Source: an uncultured Bacteroidales bacterium
GTDB lineage: Bacteria > Bacteroidota > Bacteroidia > Bacteroidales > UBA3663
Length of the DNA: 63,946 nt
Direction of reading: 5' to 3'
Assembly: GCA_902779265.1 (NCBI GenBank)
Contig: CACZAY010000006.1
Coordinates: 1 to 63,946, forward strand
This document shows, one piece after another, positions 37,035-45,372 of the stretch (positions within the stretch are counted from its first letter, which is position 1; each line of letters starts with the position of its first letter). The notes beneath the pieces are model-generated. The model ran no database searches, had not been told where the DNA came from, and was given only the letters and a program-made list of their open reading frames with translations. The translations under genes were made by a program, and so were the position numbers.

Positions 37035-38399
37035 TCAACTCTCATCCTTCAGGTTGTGGGCCATCCAGGCGCGGGGCGTCATACCCTCCTTGATCTTGAA
37101 CTTGCGGCTGAAGGACTGCGCCGTGCCGAAACCGCACTCGTAGGCCAACTGGTCTATCGACTCGTCGGGATGCTTGCGCATGTACTCCTTGGAATAATCG
37201 ACGCGCATACGGTTCAGATATTCGTTGAAGTTGACGCCATAGCGCTCGTTGATGTGGCGCGAGAGGTAGTTGCGGTTGGTGAGCAGCGTGCGGGCGACGT
37301 CAGACAGGCGCAACTCGCTGTCGAGAAAGGCGTGCTGTTCGTCCATCAGCTCGTGCAGGCCCACTTCGAGCCGCTCCTGGACCTGACGGAAGGTCTCAAG
37401 GCTGTAGGCGGAATCGTTGCCATCGGAGGCGGCAGTTCCGCTTTTTTCGTTTTCGGCCAATGGAGCGGCATCGGCCGCCGCATCACCGGTCACAGACTTC
37501 TGCCGGACAGGGGCATTGGCCACAACCCCGACAGCCTCCTCGTCGTCGTCATCGTCATTGGCAAAGATATCGGCCACGGGCTGCAGATCCTCCTTCGCAT
37601 CGATGAGGAGCAGCTGGCGCAAGGTACACTCCTCATAGCCGATACCGCGCACCGCCAGGCTTATGAGACCCAGGATGATGGCCTGGATGACGGAGAAAAC
37701 GGCATTGGCCCACGGAAAATCCAAAATGATATAAAGGCCGATGGCAACGCGCAACGAGATGGTGAAGAACAGGCATGAGAGCATGAACATCAGGAAGTGC
37801 ATGGGCGGCAGGCTCGTGCGCTTGAACAGGAAGCTGACGAACGAACGCCACGTGAAGCCCGTGCGCCGCATCGAGACGATGGAATAGCCGATGAGCCACG
37901 CCGAATAGACATACTGAACGACGGGCAGGGCGTTGACCTGCATCAGATAGGCCAAACGGAACACGTCGCGCGACTCGAACTGCTCCGGAAAATGGTGCAG
38001 ACGGTCGTGCAGCTCGATGTAATAGACCGCCTCGCCCGAATCGGTGAAGGCGTAGAGCAGCAAGCAGATGGAACAGAGGCCGATGGGCGGAATGAACCAC
38101 AGGTAATGATACCACGGCAGGTGCTTCTCATTGTAGATCTTCCACAGGAGACAGACGACGTAGCTCAAGACCATCGGCACAATAAACGGCAGGAACGAAA
38201 ATGCCGCAAAGCGCAACTCTGGCGGTGCCGAAAGGTTGACGGCCTGCGCATCAAGGAAATAATAGACACAGGTCCACAATGCCAATCCGAGCAACACCCA
38301 GATGGTGTCGTTTTTCCTTTTCATCAAGGCCACCCCGACCGTTCCGGCAAGGGTTGCCGCAATGGGCAGGTAGCTCGTTATTACAATAAGATCTTCCAT
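37035..38399 (-). CDS. membrane-anchored AraC-type HTH regulator
   Basis: The N-terminal ~270 aa are multi-pass hydrophobic, followed by an acidic linker (DDDDDEE). The C-terminus ..LSDVARTLLTNRNYLSRHINERYG..ECGFGTAQSFSRKFK.. is an AraC HTH. Confidence 0.75.
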   Translation of the reverse strand: MEDLIVITSYLPIAATLAGTVGVALMKRKNDTIWVLLGLALWTCVYYFLDAQAVNLSAPPELRFAAFSFLPFIVPMVLSYVVCLLWKIYNEKHLPWYHYLWFIPPIGLCSICLLLYAFTDSGEAVYYIELHDRLHHFPEQFESRDVFRLAYLMQVNALPVVQYVYSAWLIGYSIVSMRRTGFTWRSFVSFLFKRTSLPPMHFLMFMLSCLFFTISLRVAIGLYIILDFPWANAVFSVIQAIILGLISLAVRGIGYEECTLRQLLLIDAKEDLQPVADIFANDDDDDEEAVGVVANAPVRQKSVTGDAAADAAPLAENEKSGTAASDGNDSAYSLETFRQVQERLEVGLHELMDEQHAFLDSELRLSDVARTLLTNRNYLSRHINERYGVNFNEYLNRMRVDYSKEYMRKHPDESIDQLAYECGFGTAQSFSRKFKIKEGMTPRAWMAHNLKDES

Positions 38400-38469
38400 T
38401 CTGCTTATATAGTATTATGTGATTGATTTCACTGGATAGACGAATATCATTGGCCAATGCCCCAGCCAA

Positions 38470-39363
38470 TCAATTGTTGCTGTCGAAATAGTATGTAATC
38501 TTGCCCGGCGTCAGGCTGTTGCCGCTCACGGCCTTGAAGCGGGCCTTCGTTGCAGCCTCCTTGGCCGCATTGCGCAGCGTCTGGTCCGAGATTGTGGTGC
38601 CTTGGCCGATGGAGGCCGACTTGACCACGCCGGCGGCATCGACCGTGATGAAGACCACCACCTTGCCGCTTGTGTTCGTGTTGAAGCTGGGTCGCGGCAG
38701 ACTGCCCAACAGACCGCGTCCGCCCAGGTCGTAGTCGCCATAGCCAGCACTGCCCGTGGCGGCTCCCGTCTGGCTGTTGCCGTTCACGTCGCCCTGCACG
38801 CCGGCATTGTTGCCCGTGCCGTTGTTGTTGAACAGACCCGCCATCTGGTTGTTGATGGCCTGACGCTTGGCAGCCTCTTCGGCAGCTTTCTTGCGTGCGG
38901 CCTCCTCTTCGGCACGGCGGCGAGCCTCTTCCTCCTGCTGCTTGCGCAACTCCTCCTGACGTTGGGCTTCGGCCAATGCCAACTGACGCGCCTCCTCGGC
39001 CTGACGCTCCTTCAGTTCCTTCTCGCGCTGTTCGGCGACGTAGGGAGCCTCGGCGTCATCCTGCGCAAGGACGGGTTCTGCGGCCGATGATGCCGGTTGC
39101 GGTGTCGGTTGTGCCGGCTGCGGCATCGGCGGGACATCCTCCGGCTGCGGTTCGGGCTGGAGGTCTGTCACGTCGCTCGACTGGAGCTCGTTTCCGCCGC
39201 CCTCAGCATCGACGCCGACCATGACCAGAATGCCGCTCTCTTCCTCTTGTGCGACCGCCGAAAAGTGAGCCAACCACAGCAGCACACCCATCAGGATGTG
39301 TACAAAAAGTGTGACGAGCACACCTAGTGTCTTGCTCTTTTTATCTTGTTCCATGATTGTCAT
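38470..39363 (-). CDS. tonB: energy transducer TonB
   Basis: N-terminal TM helix; Pro/Glu/Gln-rich and EEARR coiled spacer; C-terminal ..GKVVVFITVDAAGVVKSASI.. TonB-C-like domain. It lies downstream of exbB-exbD. Confidence 0.8.
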   Translation of the reverse strand: MTIMEQDKKSKTLGVLVTLFVHILMGVLLWLAHFSAVAQEEESGILVMVGVDAEGGGNELQSSDVTDLQPEPQPEDVPPMPQPAQPTPQPASSAAEPVLAQDDAEAPYVAEQREKELKERQAEEARQLALAEAQRQEELRKQQEEEARRRAEEEAARKKAAEEAAKRQAINNQMAGLFNNNGTGNNAGVQGDVNGNSQTGAATGSAGYGDYDLGGRGLLGSLPRPSFNTNTSGKVVVFITVDAAGVVKSASIGQGTTISDQTLRNAAKEAATKARFKAVSGNSLTPGKITYYFDSNN

Positions 39364-39467
39364 TGAGGTTGTTAGGTTATGAGTTTTTTAGGTTGTTAGG
39401 TTCCTTTATAAACCTTTTAACCTCACAAGCGAAGCGACCTTAAAACCTTATAACCTTACATTCAGCC
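39364..39467. repeat. ~100-bp structured intergenic element (AGGTTnTnAGGTT arms around CCTCACAAGCGAAGCGACCT); a second copy lies at 57907-58018
   Basis: The 20-mer at 39421-39440 equals the reverse complement of 57931-57950 with one mismatch. The flanking word repeats are shared. Confidence 0.75.
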
Positions 39468-39878
39468 TTACTTCACCGGCCTCGTGGCGAGCACCATCTT
39501 GAAGTCGTTCTCCACGCCGATGTTCAGAATCTCGACCACCTTGCTGTATGGGATAGTCTCATCGGCAAACAGCGTGACGTACATGTCCTCATGCTCGGCC
39601 TTGACCGATTGGAGCCACGGCGTAATCTGCTCGATGGCCACCGGGCTCGGCTTCTCGTTGCCGAAAGCCACGTAGTAGTTCAACTGCTGGTCGATGGTGA
39701 CGCGCGCTTGTGGTGCGGCCGATGTCTGCTGCTTGCTCTGTGGCAGAAGCACCTTGATGGCGTTCGGGAAGACGATGGTCGATGTCACCATAAAGAAGAT
39801 CAGCAGCAGGAAGATGACATCGGTCATCGACGACATGCTGAACGTGGCCTGTATCTTGTTTCTTCGTTTAAGTGCCAT
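39468..39878 (-). CDS. exbD: biopolymer transporter ExbD/TolR
   Basis: ..MSSMTDVIFLLLIFFMVTST.. is the canonical ExbD TM region. Confidence 0.85.
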   Translation of the reverse strand: MALKRRNKIQATFSMSSMTDVIFLLLIFFMVTSTIVFPNAIKVLLPQSKQQTSAAPQARVTIDQQLNYYVAFGNEKPSPVAIEQITPWLQSVKAEHEDMYVTLFADETIPYSKVVEILNIGVENDFKMVLATRPVK

Positions 39879-39892
39879 TGCAAAAAACTTTT

Positions 39893-40144
39893 TTGAGTTA
39901 TTAGATTTCAGTTATTAGTTAGGTTTTATCTTTCTGATAAGTTATTAGATACCAGTTATCAGTTAGGGTTCCGTCTGCGAGCAATCTAGTAACTAATAAC
40001 TAACAACTTTCATATCGTCTGCCGACAATAACTAATAACTAATAACTAATAACTCATAACTAATAACTTTCAGATTAGTCGGTTTCGTCGGCCGGCAATA
40101 ACTAATAACTCATAACTAATAACTTTCAGAAATAACTTGTCCAG
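39893..40144. repeat. AT-rich heptad word array (GTTATTAG on the left, CTAATAAC / ATAACTA on the right) inside the exbB-exbD spacer
   Basis: Direct reading: runs of AATAACTAATAACT.. separated by short GC-rich linkers (cgtctgccgac, cggtttcgtcggccggc). Left and right halves are mutually complementary. Confidence 0.8.
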
Positions 40145-40846
40145 TTATTTCTGAACCAAATCCATGAATTCCATCGTCTTGGCCTCCATCTCGTTGACCA
40201 CCTTGTCGAGCTCGCTCACCAGATAGTTGTAGGCGAACATGGCGATGATGCCCACAATCAGACCGGCCACCGTCGTGGTCAATGCCTGATAGATGCCAGC
40301 CGAGAGCAGCGTGATGTCGGCCGATGAACCTGCCTGCGCCATGTCGTAGAAGGCGCGGATCATACCCGTCACCGTGCCGAGGAAGCCGATCATCGGCGCA
40401 CCGCTTGAGATGGTGGCCAACATCGTAAAGCCCTTCTCCATATTGGCCACCTGCAGGTTGCCCACGTTCTCGATGGCGGCCTGGATGTCCGATGCAGGCT
40501 TGTCCAGACGGCTGATGCCCTTTTCGATCATTGCGGCGTATGGAGCCTTGGTCTGCTGGCACACACGGACAGCGGCCTCGGTCTTTCCGTCGGCCAGATA
40601 CTCACGGATGCGGTCCATGAAATACGGGGCGTCCTTGCGCGCACGGTGGATGACCACATAGCGTTCGACGAAGATATAGACAGCCACAAGCGAAAGCAGC
40701 AGCAGCGGAATCATCAGCCAGCCGCCGTTCATGGCCATGTCAAGGAAGTTCAAACCATCATCGGCCGATGTCTCGGCAACCTGCGTCGAAGCCAGAGCTG
40801 CGCTGTCGCCGGGCAACGTCAGTTGTAGAAAAGGAAACGTCATCAT
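40145..40846 (-). CDS. exbB: MotA/TolQ/ExbB proton channel protein
   Basis: ..ISSGAPMIGFLGTVTGMIRAF.. and ..LTTTVAGLIVGIIAMFAYN.. are ExbB signatures. Confidence 0.85.
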   Translation of the reverse strand: MMTFPFLQLTLPGDSAALASTQVAETSADDGLNFLDMAMNGGWLMIPLLLLSLVAVYIFVERYVVIHRARKDAPYFMDRIREYLADGKTEAAVRVCQQTKAPYAAMIEKGISRLDKPASDIQAAIENVGNLQVANMEKGFTMLATISSGAPMIGFLGTVTGMIRAFYDMAQAGSSADITLLSAGIYQALTTTVAGLIVGIIAMFAYNYLVSELDKVVNEMEAKTMEFMDLVQK

Positions 40847-40925
40847 TTTTTATGTTTTTTGAGGTTAAAATTTGTTTCTTTCGTAAAAATGCTGCATCTT
40901 TGCCGAAACTAAATCACGTTTGCAC

Positions 40926-41729
40926 ATGAAAATTGCCCTGTTCGGCTCAGCCAAGCCAGAAGCCTGTCACCAGATTCAGCAGATTCTTGATCCATTGGCC
41001 AACATCACTTATATGGACGGTGACCGCTCATTCGAGGGAGCCGATATGGCACTCAGCATCGGCGGTGACGGCACGTTCCTGCGGACGGCGGCCAAGGTCG
41101 GCGAATCGGCCATCCCCATCCTCGGCATCAACGCAGGGCGTCTCGGTTTCTTGGCCGATGTCCAGCTCAGCGAGGCGGCCGATGTACTTCCCGCCATGTT
41201 GGCCGAAAACCGCTTCAACATAGAATATCGCGCACTGCTCCAGCTCGACATTCCTTGCTGCACGCAGCCCTACCAACGGTTTGCGCTCAACGAGGTGGCT
41301 ATCCTCAAGCGCGACGTTTCGTCGATGGTCTCGGTTTCGGTCTTCATCGACGGCGCATTGCTCAACACCTACGATGCCGATGGCCTCGCCATTGCCACAC
41401 CGACCGGTTCTACGGCCTATGCCATGAGTGCGGGCGGCCCAATACTGGAACCTCGTTCCAACTGTTTTGCCATCGTCCCGATTGCGCCACACTCGCTCAC
41501 TACGCGTCCGCTTGTCATCCGCGACGGTGGTGTGATAGATGTCAAGGTCAAGAGTCGCAACAACCTTTTTCTCGTTGCTATTGACGGACTTCCCGTCCAC
41601 CTCACGACCGAATACCAGCTGCGTCTCACGCGTGCCAGCCATAACATCGGCGTAGTTCGTCGGCCAGAACAGACCTTCTTCGACACGCTCCGCCAAAAAC
41701 TGATGTGGGGTGCCGATGTGAGAGAGTAG
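40926..41729 (+). CDS. nadK: NAD kinase
   Basis: ..ALSIGGDGTFLRTA.. and ..ADGLAIATPTGSTAYAMSAGGPI.. are present. The ATG at 40926 is preferred over the TTG at 40920. Confidence 0.85.
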   Translation: MKIALFGSAKPEACHQIQQILDPLANITYMDGDRSFEGADMALSIGGDGTFLRTAAKVGESAIPILGINAGRLGFLADVQLSEAADVLPAMLAENRFNIEYRALLQLDIPCCTQPYQRFALNEVAILKRDVSSMVSVSVFIDGALLNTYDADGLAIATPTGSTAYAMSAGGPILEPRSNCFAIVPIAPHSLTTRPLVIRDGGVIDVKVKSRNNLFLVAIDGLPVHLTTEYQLRLTRASHNIGVVRRPEQTFFDTLRQKLMWGADVRE

Positions 41730-41797
41730 AGAGTAAAGGGTAAAGAGTAGTGTAGTTACCAAACTCAATTTCACTCATTTACACTCTGCGAGAAATA

Positions 41798-42403
41798 TCA
41801 AACTTCCTCGTTTACAATCTCGATTCCGAATGTATTTTCGAATCGGGATTTTATTTTTTCCATCGCGGCCTTGCGCAGACTGAGCGTCAACCGGCAATCG
41901 ACCTGAAAGTCCTGTGCCAGGACGGTAGCTCCCTCCTCTTTCACGATGCGCATCGCCTCGCCCATCATGGGATATTCGAAGTGGACGGTGAGCTGCTCCT
42001 CGATGATGCGTTCCTCGATCTGGGCTGCGGCCAATGCCTCTTGTGCTGCAATCCTATAGGCCTCAATCAGTCCGCTCGTACCCAGCTTGATACCGCCGAA
42101 ATATCGGACAACCACGACGCAGACATCCGTCAGATTGAAACTGTTGAGCTGCCCCAGAATGGGCTTTCCGGCCGTACCCGACGGTTCGCCGTCGTCGTTG
42201 CTGCGGAAGTTCGTCCTATCGGCACCCAACATATAGGCCCAACAGACGTGGCGCGCGTCGAAATACTCCTTTTTATATCGGCCGATGACCCCCTTCACCT
42301 CATCGAGTGTGCGGCAAGGCTCGGCAAAGGCCAGAAACTTGCTCATCTTCTCTTTGTACAGCCCCTGCGACGGCGCGGCTATGGTCAGGTAGGTATCTTG
42401 CAC
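41798..42403 (-). CDS. yigZ: IMPACT family protein (YigZ-like)
   Basis: ..YKEKMSKFLAFAEP..ARHVCWAYMLG..DDGEPSGTAGKPIL..VVVVRYFGGIKLG.. is the UPF0029 core. Confidence 0.8.
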   Translation of the reverse strand: MQDTYLTIAAPSQGLYKEKMSKFLAFAEPCRTLDEVKGVIGRYKKEYFDARHVCWAYMLGADRTNFRSNDDGEPSGTAGKPILGQLNSFNLTDVCVVVVRYFGGIKLGTSGLIEAYRIAAQEALAAAQIEERIIEEQLTVHFEYPMMGEAMRIVKEEGATVLAQDFQVDCRLTLSLRKAAMEKIKSRFENTFGIEIVNEEV

Positions 42404-42446
42404 GGACTCAAACTCTTAATTCTTATTTCTTAATTCTTACCTCCAT

Positions 42447-43222
42447 TCATTCCACCAGCTCGCCCTGCACGGCACCGATTCGCTTCAAGTTGATGACGAC
42501 GCTGAGCGGACGATGATCGGGGTCGGTCGAGAGCCAGGCCTGGACGGGCGTACTGTCGCTGTCCTTGCTGGCAAATGTCAGCTCGACGGCATAGGACGGA
42601 TATTTCTTGCCCGACTTCATGGTGCACGTCTGCCGGCCCTTGTAGGTGATGTGCATACATTGGTTGCGCACGCCTGCCGTGATGTAGTAGTCGAGCCGTT
42701 CACCCTTCTTCATCGAGTCGAAATTGATGTTGCGCAACTCGTAGAAAATGGAAAGCATGTCGAAACCGACACCCTCGTTGCTCAACCGGCGGCGGTCGTT
42801 GCCCTTCTTGCTGCGCCAGCGGTACACATCGACCACGGTGCTGTCTATGTCTGACCTGTTGGCCTCCGACACGGATTTGCAGATTTTGCCATCCACGTAG
42901 CTGTGGTAGTAGTTGCGTTCGATGGCGCGGTAGCTGCCCTCGTTCGTCTTCTTGCAATACTCCAGCGGCACAAGCTGCGGCGTGTAGTAGCAGTCGCTGA
43001 AGGCGCTGGACACCATACCACAGAGCCATCGGCCAAAGTTTCTTCCCACTGGTTCAGCACGCCGCTGCCCGCCAGCTTCCAGATGAAGCCCCAGTGCCAA
43101 TAGGCGTTATATTTCAGCGATTCGGTTTGTCTGGACGTTTTGGCTTTTTCTATGGCCAATGCCGTTTGCGCGCTCCCACACAGGAGCCATGCGCCCAATG
43201 CCAAACAGATGATCTTTTTCAT
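42447..43222 (-). pseudogene. DUF3108-family protein gene interrupted by a frame shift near 43025-43035
   Basis: The N-terminal ORF (MKKIICLALGAWLLCGSAQTALA..YNAYWHWGFIWKLAGSGVLNQWEETLADG) and the 217-aa ORF (..LCGMVSSAFSDCYYTPQLVPLEY..) are contiguous but offset by one base. Confidence 0.65.
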
Positions 43223-43298
43223 TCTCGTCTTTTCTTGTCGTTAATGCTGTGAGTTTTATATTCCAATCTTCGTTTAGACCAGCCCGCCGCACGAAGGT

Positions 43299-45211
43299 TT
43301 AGAGCTTACCCAACTTCCGCAGGTATTCCTCGTTCTTGCTCTTCTTTTCCTTCTGTTCCTTCGGCTTGTTGATTTTCACCGCATCGGGCTTCTGTTTCAC
43401 GACGGGGACCTCGGTCGGATTCCACGTCTGCTGCACGGTCCAGTTGGCCCGCAGCTGCAGTTCTGCGTTCAGATAATAGACCGTCTCGGGATGCCGGTGA
43501 TCGAACAGGCTGCCGGTATCGAATAGACCATTTCCATTCTCGTCAATAACCATTCGCGCATAGTAGGTTCCGGCCGGCACATGGACGAACTTGGCCTGAC
43601 CGTTCACGACAGGAGCCGTCAGCTTGACCTTGTCGCGGCCGTCAACAATCTGCACGAAAGCGCCATTGGCCACACCCTCAATATTGAAGAGCAGGTGCGC
43701 ATAGTCCTCGGGCGTCTTCTCGCGGAACGGCATCACCGTGCGGTCCACCGGATTGCCATAGATGTCGCTCATCGCGGCCGAATCGACCACGAACTGATAG
43801 CTGAAGTCGGGCGTGAAGTGCGGCTCGGCCCAAAGTGTGAAACGTCGCGGCTGCAACGAATCGGCCACCCACTGGAACGGCATATCGACCCAGAGCGAAT
43901 CCCGTTTGTATTGCAGGTGCATCCCACTCTTGTCGATTGTGGCCAATGGCGCCGATGTCTCAAATACAGGTTTTTGGCCGATGTCCAGCGTCATGCCAGC
44001 CACCTGGCGCACCTTCATGTAGGTGATTGCGGCCGATGCGATGCTGTCCGTCTGCTCGTCATTCTTGCGACGACGGCCCTTCTTGCCGCGCGACGGCTTG
44101 TCCTCTTTCTTGTCATTGGCCGATGTCATTTTCGGCGCAGGCTTCAGGAGCTGGATGGTGTCGGTGCGTGGCACGTCGATGCCCAGCGTGTCGGTGAAGG
44201 CATAGGTCATCACGAGGTTAAGCGTATCGGCCGCAAAGTGGATGCTGTCGCGTATCCAGTAGCTCAGCGTGTCGCGCGTCGGATTGACCTCGGCCACGAG
44301 CAGGTCACTGGCGTCGAGGAGGCTGTCATTGGCCAACAAGAAGGACAACCGCGGCAACGTGTCGCTGCGGCAAAGCGTACGTTGATATGCACCGAATCGG
44401 GCCGGCGGCAGTCGTCGAGATAGCGGTTCAGCTTGCCCTCGTTGAACGAGAGGAGAACGACACGCGTCGTGTCCATCGATGGCGTAATCAGTGTGTCAAT
44501 GAACGAAATGTCCTCGCTGGCGAGGTCGTAGCGGTAGTTCGTGTTGCCATCGACCAGGCCATACATCCGGTAGCGGCCCGGGGCGCAACCCAGGATCTTG
44601 AATGCGCCATAGGCATCGGTCTTGCCGGCCCGCTCGAAGGGACGTTTCAGGAAGATGCTGTCGGCCGATGCGCCATTGGCCAAAACCGAATCACCCTCGT
44701 CCACACGGTAGATGCCGACGTAGGCTCCCGTGATGGGTTCAAGGTCGGCCGCATTGAGCAGGTAGCCGCATATCTGGAGCGAATCGATATGATCGCCCGT
44801 CGAGAAGAGTAGCGCAAGGTTGTCCATCGGATTGCCCTCGTTGTTGTCTTGCACAGCGTTGCCCAGGTCGAGGCTATAGGTGGTGTTCGGTTTCAGTGAA
44901 TCGCCCAGCTCGATGGTCAGTGTCTTGGCATTGCTCATGATGATGGGCGACTTCTCTTGCGGTGGCGATACGGTCAGTTTCTCATTGGCGTTGTCGAGCT
45001 TGATATTCTCGTCAAAACGCATAGTGATGCGCTGTCTCTTGACATGGGTCGCACCATTGGCAGGGTCGGAATTCTTAAGGACGGGAGGGGTCTCGTCGAA
45101 CAGTCCGCCACCCGGTGAACCGATGCTGGCGCACCCGGTCAAACCCGCCGCAAAAACGGCGATTGAACCATACAAAAACGACGTTATTCGCCCTGATTCT
45201 ACCTTAAACAT
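43299..45211 (-). pseudogene. Ig-like (SbsA-type) domain lipoprotein gene interrupted by a frame shift near 44350-44375
   Basis: The upstream ORF (MFKVESGRITSFLYGSIAVFAAGLTGC..DSVHINVRFAA) and the downstream ORF (..TLPRLSFLLANDSLLD..) overlap in different frames. Together they form one ~635-aa protein. Confidence 0.65.
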
Positions 45212-45307
45212 GCCGCGAAGATACACAAATTTCGGGGAATACCGCAAAAAAACTCGCCGTAATTTACTTTTTTCTTGATTTTTTAAGGCTTTTGTTGATT
45301 TTTTTAC

Positions 45308-45315
45308 TACCTTTG
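45308..45315 (+). promoter_or_regulatory. -7 promoter box (TAccTTTG) for secDF
   Basis: tacctttg lies 58 nt upstream of the ATG at 45373. Confidence 0.5.
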
Positions 45316-45372
45316 CCGCTCGAATACGCAAAAAATAATTAATTAACAATAAACATCAAACACAAAAAAACA

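Noticed and set aside
39893-40144. A possible CRISPR array or tRNA/ncRNA gene in the exbB-exbD spacer.
   Set aside because: The repeat words are 7-8 nt with no spacer structure. There is no cloverleaf or conserved tRNA boxes. It is treated as a low-complexity palindromic repeat.
43015-44380. Programmed ribosomal frameshifting as the explanation for the broken DUF3108 and Ig-like genes.
   Set aside because: There is no slippery heptamer or downstream stimulatory structure at either site, and these gene families are not known to use recoding. An indel, real or artefactual, is more parsimonious.
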